Of a stretch of DNA of 63,709 bases, positions 48,817 through 57,777 are shown one piece after another (the stretch's first letter is position 1; the number at the start of each line of letters is the position of its first letter). Under the pieces are notes generated by a model that ran no database searches, was not told where the DNA came from, and saw only the letters and a program-made list of their open reading frames with translations. The position numbers and the translations under genes are program-made. Source of the stretch: a virus (Duplodnaviria; Caudoviricetes); the IMG/VR virus record IMGVR_UViG_3300048850_000155, positions 1-63,709 of that record. One strand, 5' to 3'.

Positions 48817-49508
48817 CGCGGCCGCTCCGCAACAGCGACATAGTTTTTGGGATGACCCGACATCGTGTGCCGGTGCCGGGTGTCCGCTTCATGCAGGCGC
48901 GCAGCCAACCACCTCGCCACTGGCTTAAACCCAACGAAGAACACGGAAAGAGTAATCCCTAGCTTGCCACCGCCAAGGTCGCGCGGATGCGTCGGTAGAG
49001 CCCTTGTCATCAAACCGAGCTGGTAGGCCAGGGTGCCAAGATAACCCTCTAGCCACCGCAGATCCGTCAAGGCGAAGCCGGCGTCACTGAACAAGCTGCG
49101 GATGCCAAACTGGGTGTATCGGTAAAAGTCGTACGGCTGCCCGTGCTCCTCATAATATAGCGGCGCCGAGAATAACAACCGTCCGCCGGGCTTAAGAACT
49201 CTGAATAGCTCATTCAGCGCTTCTGCCGGCCTCGGTAGATGCTCCATTACTTGAGAGAACAAGACCGCGTCGTATCTACAGTCTTCAACCGGAATGGCGC
49301 CTAGATCGCACACATAATCCGTGTCACCGTACTCATTGGCCATCAGCTCGAAATCGGCAGACTCATAATTATGCGATGAGAACAAATGTCGGTAGGGCTG
49401 ACTGCCTGATCCGGCATCGAGCACCAAACTTCCATTTGGGACCGATTGAGCAAAGGCGCTGATCTCACGTTCGAGCCACACGCGCGATGAGTTGATCGGG
49501 CCCAGCAT
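48813..49508 (-). CDS. Class I SAM-dependent methyltransferase (Methyltransf_11-like, moron)
   Basis: VLDAGSGSQPY, QVMEH, RVLKPGG, HGQPYDFYRYT. Confidence 0.88.
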   Translation of the reverse strand: MLGPINSSRVWLEREISAFAQSVPNGSLVLDAGSGSQPYRHLFSSHNYESADFELMANEYGDTDYVCDLGAIPVEDCRYDAVLFSQVMEHLPRPAEALNELFRVLKPGGRLLFSAPLYYEEHGQPYDFYRYTQFGIRSLFSDAGFALTDLRWLEGYLGTLAYQLGLMTRALPTHPRDLGGGKLGITLSVFFVGFKPVARWLAARLHEADTRHRHTMSGHPKNYVAVAERPR

Positions 49509-49574
49509 TATTCCCCCAGTCACCCACTATCACGGGTCTCCGACCCTAACGGCTTCTGTCACGGCAGTCACCTC

Positions 49575-49599
49575 AGCCGCCCCTCCGGGCGGCTTTTTT
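49575..49599 (+). terminator. Rho-independent terminator
   Basis: AGCCGCCC-TCC-GGGCGGCT-TTTTT. Confidence 0.7.
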
Positions 49600-49909
49600 C
49601 ATGGAGACATCGTCGGGGGCAACCGCTTAGGCGCAGCGATCTGCCCAGCGGTGTTATGGTGCCGCTCCCGGATCAGTGGTTCTCGGGGGAAGCCGAGCCG
49701 GCCGATCCGGGAGCGCAGAGCGTTCCCCAGACCGCCCCGCAAGCAGAATTCTCCCGCTTAAGCTTGCCGTCAAATCACAAAAGTTAACGCGAGTGGCCCC
49801 GGCGGTGCCGATCCTGGGGGGCAAGATTTTGGCACGGCCGGGGCCGGCCCCGAGGGGGCGGGGCGGGCGAAGGTTGGCGCGCCCTGGATGAATGTCAACT
49901 GAACAGTCC

Positions 49910-49940
49910 AGCCGCCGCACCGGGCGGCTTTTTTCATTTT
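49910..49940 (+). terminator. Rho-independent terminator
   Basis: AGCCGCC...GGCGGCT-TTTTT. Confidence 0.6.
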
Positions 49941-49951
49941 GGAGACCCGCA

Positions 49952-50188
49952 TTGAAACTCGTGCCCAACTGGCAGCGAGTGCTTCGGCATGCCTGGAGTG
50001 TTCGCCTACTGATCCTCGCCGGCGTCTTATCCGGCGCTGAGGTCGCGCTGCCGCTGCTTGGCGGCGTCCTCCCCATCCCCACCGGCGTGTTCGCCATGCT
50101 GTCCGCTGCGGCGGCCGGCGGTGCCTTCGTGGCCCGCCTCGTCGCGCAGAAAAGCGTGTCTGGAGATCCCGATGAAAACGCGGAGTAA
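49952..50188 (+). CDS. Holin-like membrane protein
   Basis: KLVPNWQRVLRHAWSVR...ARLVAQ; 2 TM; precedes endolysin. Confidence 0.7.
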   Translation: MKLVPNWQRVLRHAWSVRLLILAGVLSGAEVALPLLGGVLPIPTGVFAMLSAAAAGGAFVARLVAQKSVSGDPDENAE

Positions 50189-50690
50189 GCGCGCCGCCGC
50201 GGCGCTCGCCTCCGGGCTCGGCCTCGTCGCGCTGACGGTGACCTACCTGACCGAGCCGTGGGAGGGGACGAAGAACCTTGCCTACTACGACCGGCTTGGC
50301 AAGGTCTGGACGGTCTGCACGGGTGAGACGAAAGACGTCAAGCAGGGCGACCATTACAGCGACAACGAGTGCCGGGCGATGCTCTACCGCCGACTCGAAA
50401 TCGACTTTCACCGTCCGCTGCAGCGCTGCATCGCAAGCTTCGACGTTATGCCGATCAGCGTGCAGGCCGCAATGCTCGACCTCAGCTACAACGTCGGTGT
50501 CGGCACCGTCTGCAACTCGACGGCCGCGAAGCGCGCCAAGGCGAAGGACTGGCGCGGCACCTGCGAGGCCATGACGTGGTTCAACCGCGCGAGCGGCAAA
50601 GTCATCCAGGGTCTGAAAAACCGACGCGAGAATGGCGATGCTCACCGGATCGGTGAGCAGGAGCTTTGCCTGGAGGGAATTCCGGGATGA
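50172..50690 (+). CDS. Endolysin, GH24 lysozyme (SAR-type N-terminus)
   Basis: WEG...YYD...WTVCTG E-D-T triad, YNVG, GLKNRR. Confidence 0.92.
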   Translation: MKTRSKRAAAALASGLGLVALTVTYLTEPWEGTKNLAYYDRLGKVWTVCTGETKDVKQGDHYSDNECRAMLYRRLEIDFHRPLQRCIASFDVMPISVQAAMLDLSYNVGVGTVCNSTAAKRAKAKDWRGTCEAMTWFNRASGKVIQGLKNRRENGDAHRIGEQELCLEGIPG

Positions 50691-51079
50691 TCGACAAGCT
50701 CCTGGGGGCCTTCTGGCCCTACGTAATCGCCGCCTTCGCGGTTCTCGTCATTGGCGCCATAGCCTATGGCGCCTGGCAGCATCACGCGGGCTATGTCGCA
50801 GGTAAGGTGGAGGTAACCGCCGCCGTCGCGAAGGCGACCAACGACGAACGTGAGCGCCAGTCCGAGGCGAATGCCAGAGCCCAAGCCGAGGCTCGAGAGC
50901 GGGAGCAACAGCTCGCCGCCGAACGCGATCGCCTCCAATCCATCATCGAGGATAATGCCCGTGAGGCAGATCAAGACCCTCTTCGCGATTCTTGCGGTAT
51001 CGGCCCCGATGGGAGCCTGCGCCTCAACAAGCTTCGTCGCAACTCGCCCCTCGCTATCTCCCCCACCGCCCAACCTTGA
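50687..51079 (+). CDS. Inner-membrane spanin (Rz-like)
   Basis: N-terminal TM plus coiled coil. Confidence 0.7.
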   Translation: MIDKLLGAFWPYVIAAFAVLVIGAIAYGAWQHHAGYVAGKVEVTAAVAKATNDERERQSEANARAQAEAREREQQLAAERDRLQSIIEDNAREADQDPLRDSCGIGPDGSLRLNKLRRNSPLAISPTAQP

Positions 51080-51254
51080 GGTGCCATGCGCCGATCCTGC
51101 GAACCTGCCCAACGGCAGGCTCTCGCAGCGGGACGTGGAGCGCTTTTGGAGCAAGGACCGGGTGAACCTCATCCAATGCGGTGACCGCCATGCGGCGCTG
51201 CGCGATTTCTACAAAGGGCGCGACGCAGCCCTACGCGAGAAGCCAGCCAAATGA
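50955..51254 (+). CDS. Outer-membrane spanin lipoprotein (Rz1-like)
   Basis: Overlaps Rz; lipobox MGAC; Pro-rich; two more Cys. Confidence 0.7.
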   Translation: MPVRQIKTLFAILAVSAPMGACASTSFVATRPSLSPPPPNLEVPCADPANLPNGRLSQRDVERFWSKDRVNLIQCGDRHAALRDFYKGRDAALREKPAK

Positions 51255-51550
51255 CCGGAGTAGACCTGTCCGCCTGGCAGGAGATCGGCATCGTCGTTGC
51301 GATCGTCGTCGGGATAATCGGCGCGCTCGCCGCCGCATTTAGGCACCTGCAAAGCCAGATCGGCGAGGTGCGCAAAGACTCCTCCGATACCCGACAGCGC
51401 GTCGACGAGTTCCGCGTCGAGGTGGCCAAGAATTACGTCACCAATAGCGCCATTCGCGAGTTCGAAGAGCGCATGGTCGCCGCTATCGATCGTCTAGCCG
51501 ACCGGCTCGACAGGCTGTTCGAGCGCACTTCCCCCCGCACCAGATCATAG
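51251..51550 (+). CDS. TM + coiled-coil phage protein
   Basis: EFRVEVAKNYVT...RLDRL. Confidence 0.6.
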   Translation: MTGVDLSAWQEIGIVVAIVVGIIGALAAAFRHLQSQIGEVRKDSSDTRQRVDEFRVEVAKNYVTNSAIREFEERMVAAIDRLADRLDRLFERTSPRTRS

Positions 51551-51628
51551 ACCGGAGGCATTCATGCCTGTCCGCATTAACGCGTTCGCGAGGAGCGCCG
51601 CCTGCATGCTTATGGCTCGGGAGGCTTG

Positions 51629-52873
51629 ATGCTACCGACAGTGACGGAAGAGCAGGCGAGGGCGGCTGTCGAAGCCCTCTCAACGCACGGTACGCAGGTT
51701 GCCGCGGCGGCGGCCCTTGGGCTGTCCCGCTCGGCGACGCAGAACCGTCTCAGGCGCGCGGCCGAGATGGGGCTGATGGGCACCAAGCCGGTGCTGCCGG
51801 GGTTTGCCATCAAGAGCATCGCCAGCAGGACCGACGATGGCGCGTGGGTCAAACAGACCAAGGCGCCAGGCGAAGTTTTCGAAGTCCCCGAAGGCTTCGC
51901 TCACAAACGGATATCGAATCTGTCCGACGGCCAGGGGCGCACGATCGCCCGCTGGGACATTGTCGAGCAGGATAAAGCCTCAAGCCTCGCCGCAATGCGC
52001 GCCGCGGTGGATGCGTTCAAGGAGGAGATCCCGCGCGCCGAGCCCGTCCCGGCGCCGCAACAGCGCAGATCGGACCTACTCAACCAGTTCACCGTCACGG
52101 ACCTGCACTTCGGGATGCTGTCCTGGCGGGAGGAGACCGGCGCCGACTATGACCTGCGCATCGCCGAGCAACTGCTGCTCGACTGGTTCGCCGCGGCGAT
52201 CGACATGGCCCCGCCAGCTGCAACGGCGATCCTGGCGCAGCTAGGCGACCTCCTACACCACGACAGCCATGAGAGCGTCACGCCGGCCCATCGGAACGTG
52301 CTCGATGCCGACAGCCGGCTGCAAAAGATCATTCGCGTCGTGATCCGGACGCTCAGGCGGGTCATCGCCATGCTACTCGCGAAGCACGAGCGCGTGCACA
52401 TCATCATGGCTGACGCGAACCACGACCCGGCGTCTGAGGCGTGGCTGCGTGAGATGTTCGCTGCCTTCTATGAGGACGAGCCGCGGGTGACCGTGGATAG
52501 CTCGGCCAGCACCTACTACGTCTATGAGCACGGCGACGTGTCGCTGTTCTATCATCACGGGCACCGCCGCAAGATCGGCAACGTGGACACGGTGTTCGCG
52601 GGCAAGTTCCGCGAGATCTACGGGCGCACCAAATACAGCTTCGCCCATCTCGGCCACCTGCATTCCGACGAGATCAAGCCCACGAACATTATGAAGATCG
52701 AGCGGCACGAAACGCTCGCCGCGCCTGACGCGTTCGCCGCAAACGGCGGGTGGCTATCCGGCCGGTCCGCCAAGGTCATCACTTATCACAAGCGGTTCGG
52801 CGAGGTGTCGCGGTGGGTGCTCTCACCGGAGATGGTCGCCGGGTGGTCGGATGACGGAAGGGTCGCAGCATGA
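51629..52873 (+). CDS. HTH-fused calcineurin-like metallophosphoesterase
   Basis: N-terminal HTH; DLH, GD, ANHD, HHGH, GHLH. Confidence 0.8.
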   Translation: MLPTVTEEQARAAVEALSTHGTQVAAAAALGLSRSATQNRLRRAAEMGLMGTKPVLPGFAIKSIASRTDDGAWVKQTKAPGEVFEVPEGFAHKRISNLSDGQGRTIARWDIVEQDKASSLAAMRAAVDAFKEEIPRAEPVPAPQQRRSDLLNQFTVTDLHFGMLSWREETGADYDLRIAEQLLLDWFAAAIDMAPPAATAILAQLGDLLHHDSHESVTPAHRNVLDADSRLQKIIRVVIRTLRRVIAMLLAKHERVHIIMADANHDPASEAWLREMFAAFYEDEPRVTVDSSASTYYVYEHGDVSLFYHHGHRRKIGNVDTVFAGKFREIYGRTKYSFAHLGHLHSDEIKPTNIMKIERHETLAAPDAFAANGGWLSGRSAKVITYHKRFGEVSRWVLSPEMVAGWSDDGRVAA

Positions 52874-53223
52874 GCCGCCAGCCAAACGAGGGGGGCATGC
52901 GCTTAGTGATCATCGAAAGCCCATACGCGGGCGACGTCGAAGCCAATGTCGAGTATGCCCGCCGAGCCGTGCGTGACAGCCTAGCACGCGGCGAGGCGCC
53001 GATAGCGTCCCATCTCCTCTACACACAGCCGGGCGTGCTCGATGACGACGTGCCGGTGGAACGGCAGTGGGGCATCGATGCCGGCCTCGCTTGGCGCAGC
53101 GTCGCCGAGGCGAGTGTTGTTTACACGGATCGAGGCATCAGCCGAGGAATGGAATACGGGATTGCTGCCGCGCAAGCGGCCGGCATTCCCGTGGAGTATC
53201 GCACAATAGCGGGGCACGCATGA
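52870..53223 (+). CDS. Nucleoside 2-deoxyribosyltransferase-like fold protein
   Basis: VIIESPYAG, PIASHLLY, GISRGMEYGI. Confidence 0.6.
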   Translation: MSRQPNEGGMRLVIIESPYAGDVEANVEYARRAVRDSLARGEAPIASHLLYTQPGVLDDDVPVERQWGIDAGLAWRSVAEASVVYTDRGISRGMEYGIAAAQAAGIPVEYRTIAGHA

Positions 53224-53783
53224 CAGCCCCGCAGATCATCGGCCTCATGGGCTATGCCGGAGCCGGTAAGAGCGCCGTGGCGCGGATCCTTTGCGATGAG
53301 CACGGCTTTGTATCGCCCCACATCGGCCGGCCACTGAAGCGCATGCTCGCCGCGCTGCTCGAGGAGATAGGGTACGACGCGGCGACGATCGCCCGCTACA
53401 TCGACGGCGACCTGAAACGCTCTGTCATCCCGGAGCTCGGTGTCACGTCCACCGAGGCGCAGCAGACGCTCGGCCTGGAGTGGGGCAGGGACTGCATCCG
53501 GCCGGATCTTTGGCTGTCCCTCTGGCTCGCCAAGGCTGACCGCATCGCAACGGCCGGTGGTCGGGTTGTGCAGGAGAGCGTGCGCTTTGCCAATGAGGCC
53601 GAAGCACTGCGCGCCCGCGGCGCCATCATCGTCGAGGTGCAACGCCCTGGCGTCGGTCCGCACTCGGATCATGCATCCGAAAGACTTCCGGCCGAGCCGG
53701 AAGTGATCATAAGTAATGACGGAGACCTGTTAGACCTTAGTGGCAGAGTTAGAGATGCGCTGAAAATACATGAGGTAGCATAG
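53220..53783 (+). CDS. Deoxynucleotide monophosphate kinase
   Basis: IIGLMGYAGAGKS, QTLGLEWGR, VRFANE, HASE. Confidence 0.85.
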   Translation: MTAPQIIGLMGYAGAGKSAVARILCDEHGFVSPHIGRPLKRMLAALLEEIGYDAATIARYIDGDLKRSVIPELGVTSTEAQQTLGLEWGRDCIRPDLWLSLWLAKADRIATAGGRVVQESVRFANEAEALRARGAIIVEVQRPGVGPHSDHASERLPAEPEVIISNDGDLLDLSGRVRDALKIHEVA

Positions 53784-54307
53784 TAAGTGCAGCTTAACCG
53801 CAACAACAGAAAACAGTTAAGTTAACGCTCGCCACCCCGTTACCGTTCCAGCCCTGCGACAAAATGTTACTACAGTCCCGTAAATACCTATTGCACTACC
53901 GCACGATCGGCGCATAAAACGATCCGTTCGCGTGAAAAGGACGCGGATCGGGATTGGAAGCCCGACCGATGCAGGACGGCGCTCCCCCATGGGGTGGGCG
54001 CCGCGGGAGACGCGTGAGAGCGCGTCTGCCGGTGTCCTGCACATCGGTCTTCCAACCTGCGGTGGCCTGCCCCACCAGGGCGGGCGGTGTGGGGCGGGAG
54101 CGCTTTTCAAAATGGATTCGATAATTTTCGACGGGGCGGTTGTGCCGGCCCCGGCGCACGACCTAGTGCGCCTCGTCAGAGACATCTGCGACTGCATGTT
54201 CATCATCGGCCATGACGGCGCACGGGTTCACGCCGAGCTCGCCATGACGTTCGATCTCCATGACCGGCTGAGCGCATGGTGGGAAGACGTCTGCGAGCCA
54301 TAGGCGC

Positions 54308-54322
54308 GTTCTTTCTTTGTTC
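54308..54322 (+). promoter_or_regulatory. Alphaproteobacterial LexA box
   Basis: GTTC-TTTCTTT-GTTC. Confidence 0.75.
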
Positions 54323-54374
54323 CAAATTGGTCTCGTGAGCAGTATGATGCCGGGCCGTGGGGCAGGAGGTGACC

Positions 54375-54626
54375 ATGGCCCGGATTACCTATTTCGTCGT
54401 GCAGCCGTTCGAAAAGAATGACGAGGGCGAGATCTTCTCCGTCGAACCGCGTGAAGCACGGGATGGCGGCCACGCGCGTCGACTAGGCGTGCAGCTCGCG
54501 GCCACTCACGGTGGCGTCGTAGCCTTCAGCCGAACGGGTGACCCCTCACTGGGCGACTGGGAGGATGCCGAGGTTATTGCGAGCTTTGGCATCGTGCCGG
54601 ACGACCTATCGATGCTGAGTGGTTGA
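54375..54626 (+). CDS. Small hypothetical protein, likely SOS-induced
   Basis: TYFVVQPF...GVVAFSRTGDP..G; AGGAGG RBS; LexA box upstream. Confidence 0.75.
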   Translation: MARITYFVVQPFEKNDEGEIFSVEPREARDGGHARRLGVQLAATHGGVVAFSRTGDPSLGDWEDAEVIASFGIVPDDLSMLSG

Positions 54627-54912
54627 GCGCTTTCTCGCTGCCGCCACACGCACGGTACGCGCATCGTCGCCGAAGCGCTTGGCGACGTTCCCGCCCGTGA
54701 AGGTGCCGACCCAGTATAGGTTATTGCCCCAAGGACGGGGGGAGAGGCGCATTGTTGCGTTCCATTAACGACACCGACCCGATGCTATAAGCGCGATCAC
54801 GACGCAGCCACATCGGGATCACCAGGGACCACCCGGCAACGTGCGGTGGGCTCCCAGCCGTAAACGCGGGCAGGAGGACGTAGGGGGGTTCGCGCGGGCA
54901 GTGCCGCGCCTT

Positions 54913-55281
54913 CTATATCGCACCTTCAATCGCCGTCAGCAGTTGCCATTCAGAGAAGGGTTTAGCGAGAAACCGTGATCCTGGCGGCTGAGCCATCTCG
55001 CTTTCAAGCCAGCGGCCCGACGTCAGCACGATAGCTAAATCAGGGCGGTTCTGCCGTGCTCGCCAGGACAGGGAAACTCCGTCCATCCCGGTCAGCTCTA
55101 TGTCGGTTAGCAGCACGTCTATTTTCCGGTCTCCGGAGAACACCCGCAATGCGTCTTCAGCGGAGTGGGCAGTCAGCACGTCATAGCCTGCGTCTTGAAG
55201 GATGCCCTCCAGCGCCATGCACACGATAACCTGATCTTCAACGAGAACCGCCAACGGGCGGGTGTCCTGATGCGGCACCAT
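54913..55281 (-). CDS. Single-domain response regulator (receiver)
   Basis: VLVED, LLTD, MDG, TSG, FLAKPF. Confidence 0.9.
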   Translation of the reverse strand: MVPHQDTRPLAVLVEDQVIVCMALEGILQDAGYDVLTAHSAEDALRVFSGDRKIDVLLTDIELTGMDGVSLSWRARQNRPDLAIVLTSGRWLESEMAQPPGSRFLAKPFSEWQLLTAIEGAI

Positions 55282-55494
55282 GAAATCACCCTTAGCAAAC
55301 CATCAAAAAACGTCTAAGCGCAATCAGCCAAAAAGATCTCGTTTGGCGCCTGCCGTCAAGCAGCATCTGCGTGCCGTGAGGGGGCGACAGTAAGTTGGCG
55401 TCGGCCGGTCTCGGGTAGCGCAATTGGCGTAGCATTTAGCGCAAACCGGCGGTACACTCCGGTCCATCGGCCGAAACCTCGGGGGGAGGGCGGT

Positions 55495-56226
55495 ATGGTC
55501 GGACCTTTGCTGCGCGACACATTTGACACAATTAATTCCATAGAAAAGGCGCGGACTTCTGAACAAGTTTCGCTGCTATTAATAGATTTAGTCCGGCCGT
55601 ATGGTGCAGAATCCCTGTTGTGCGGCGTCATGCCGAACATGGGTGTTTCGCAATATCAGGAACTAAGGTCCCACGTTCTTATGGAGAGGTGGCCACGGGA
55701 GTGGGCCGAGCGATACTTTCGCTTGAACTACTTGGCGGATGATCCGGCCATTGCGGGAGTCAAATTGTCCAGCGGGCCGTTCATGTGGTCGGCACTCAGG
55801 GAGCGATACGCCGACAACCCCAAGTCCAACCGCGTGATGAACGAAGCGTCGGAGTTTGGGCTTGCCGCGGGGTTTACGGTGCCGCTCCAGACGCTGGACG
55901 ATCAGAAGATCGGTCTCTCATTCGCTGGGCCCCGCATCGAGATGTCGCCGAGAGAGCAGGCGGCCTTCAACCTCCTTGGAACCTATGCGGTCGGGCGAGT
56001 TCTTGCTCTCCAGGCCGGCCAACAGCCACCGGTCAAACTAACGCCGCGTGAGCGAGAGGTGCTGCACTGGGCAGCCGAAGGGAAAACCGAATGGGAAATA
56101 GGCGCCATTCTCGGTATCTCCGAACATGGGGCCGAAGCGCATATCAGAAAACTGCATCGAAAGTTGGGGGCAACCAGCCGGGCGCAATTGGTCTCTCAGG
56201 CCATCCGTTGCGGCTTAATCCAATAG
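55495..56226 (+). CDS. luxR: LuxR-family AHL receptor/regulator
   Basis: W..RY...Y...DP...PFMW autoinducer domain; LTPREREVLHWAAEGKT HTH. Confidence 0.93.
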   Translation: MVGPLLRDTFDTINSIEKARTSEQVSLLLIDLVRPYGAESLLCGVMPNMGVSQYQELRSHVLMERWPREWAERYFRLNYLADDPAIAGVKLSSGPFMWSALRERYADNPKSNRVMNEASEFGLAAGFTVPLQTLDDQKIGLSFAGPRIEMSPREQAAFNLLGTYAVGRVLALQAGQQPPVKLTPREREVLHWAAEGKTEWEIGAILGISEHGAEAHIRKLHRKLGATSRAQLVSQAIRCGLIQ

Positions 56227-56271
56227 ATTCTAGCGCCGCCGGCGCTAGGAGTGCAGCGTCGGCGGAGCCTC

Positions 56272-56475
56272 TTAGCGTAGTTTTTTGGCGCGCTCGGGGT
56301 CTTCCCATCCCAGCGCAGCCCCGATCCGTTTAGCGCTTTCAATGACCTCCTCAAGGCCCTCGATGCGCGTCACGCGGCTCCCGATCTCTGCCTCCACGTC
56401 AAGGCTCAGGGCCCATAGTCGGAGAACCAACAGATACTCTCGGAACGTCAACGCCCCCTCCACTGGTTGGTCCAT
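56272..56475 (-). CDS. Small hypothetical protein immediately downstream of luxI
   Basis: Starts 10 nt after luxI stop on the same strand. Confidence 0.4.
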   Translation of the reverse strand: MDQPVEGALTFREYLLVLRLWALSLDVEAEIGSRVTRIEGLEEVIESAKRIGAALGWEDPERAKKLR

Positions 56476-56484
56476 CGAGGCGGC

Positions 56485-57117
56485 TCAACTTGCCAGCTGG
56501 TACCGGGCTTCGTTGGAGTCGGACAGTACACTGCCGAAACGGCCGCTGGTCTCGTGCAGGCGAGACAGCGTTCTTTGGTCGAAAGTGGCGGCCACGGCGA
56601 TGACTTCATCGCGGCCCATTGTCTGCGGAAACCCGAGAGGTTGGACGCGGAAATGGAGCTGGACAAGCCGGAGCAACCACAGTGGGTTCATTTGGATCAG
56701 GATCGTATCGACGCCTGTCCCAAGACCCCACTCCACGATTCCCGTGAGGAGAGCAGATGCAATCGGGCTGAGATGGCGGCCTCTCTCACGGTGGGCCGGG
56801 TCGACGCAGTAGCGGGTCCACTCCCAGATGTTGGGCCCTCTAGGACGTTCCACTTCACACAGATGGGGTAGCACGTGCGAGAGAAGATGCGGCCTAAGCG
56901 TCGAGAGCATCCGCTGGTAGCCTAAAACCCGACCTTCCTGAACATAGAGCATATGCACCGCATGCTCGTCATCAAACTGATCAATTTCTCGACCATCTTC
57001 CCGACGGAGATCGTCCCATCCCATGTTTTCAACAAAGACGTTGTGTCGCAGGCGGAAAGCCTGGTCCAACTCTGAACGTAAACTCTGCGTTTCATGTCCT
57101 TTTAATATTTTGATCAT
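56485..57117 (-). CDS. luxI: LuxI-family acyl-homoserine lactone synthase
   Basis: FRLRHNVF...GW...EIDQFD...R...WEWTR. Confidence 0.93.
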   Translation of the reverse strand: MIKILKGHETQSLRSELDQAFRLRHNVFVENMGWDDLRREDGREIDQFDDEHAVHMLYVQEGRVLGYQRMLSTLRPHLLSHVLPHLCEVERPRGPNIWEWTRYCVDPAHRERGRHLSPIASALLTGIVEWGLGTGVDTILIQMNPLWLLRLVQLHFRVQPLGFPQTMGRDEVIAVAATFDQRTLSRLHETSGRFGSVLSDSNEARYQLAS

Positions 57118-57182
57118 CGAACTGCCCCTACGCCCAAGAATGTAGCGTGGGTATAGTAAAGTGTTAACCATACTAATCAGAA

Positions 57183-57202
57183 AGGTACGCGATCGCGTAC
57201 TT
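57183..57202. promoter_or_regulatory. lux-box-like palindrome upstream of luxI
   Basis: Perfect 16-bp palindrome GTACGCGATCGCGTAC at 57185-57200. Confidence 0.65.
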
Positions 57203-57333
57203 GTCACCCCTTTGGGCAGGCGAGGACGGAGCTAATATCCTACATAAGCTTCACATGAAGCGGCCAAATTCCTGTTGACTCCGGGCGCCAAGTCAGATTT
57301 TTGTCCCCTCGGGGTTAGGGGGAATTTTTTACA

Positions 57334-57777
57334 ATGCTGAAAGTTTTGGCGGCTGTTGCCGCGGCAAGCCTGCTTGCTGCGTGTGGGACAATTACGCGCG
57401 GGACGACCGAGCAGGTTACAATTAACTCAAACCCGCCAGGTGCAGAGGCTCGCACCTCATTGGGGCAAGTCTGTACGGCGACGCCTTGCACCTACGCGAT
57501 CCCGCGCAAGTCAGACTTCATCGTCAGCTACTCCATGCCTGGCTATCAAGATCTGCAGGTGCCGGTCGCAACGCGGATAGCGGGCGGCGGCGCGGCGTCA
57601 TTTGCCGGGAATATCCTCGTTGGTGGCGTGATCGGCATGGGCGTCGACGCAGCAACGGGATCATCATTCGAGCACTATCCCAATCCGGTTATGGGTGAGC
57701 TCCACCCCATTGAGACGAGACCCGTGGCAAAGCGGCGCCATAAGAGGAAAGTGGCGTCGGCTCCGGTAGGTTCGTAG
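57334..57777 (+). CDS. Lipoprotein with PEGA-like domain
   Basis: LAAC lipobox; INSNPPGA; GNILVGGVIGMGVDAATG. Confidence 0.8.
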   Translation: MLKVLAAVAAASLLAACGTITRGTTEQVTINSNPPGAEARTSLGQVCTATPCTYAIPRKSDFIVSYSMPGYQDLQVPVATRIAGGGAASFAGNILVGGVIGMGVDAATGSSFEHYPNPVMGELHPIETRPVAKRRHKRKVASAPVGS

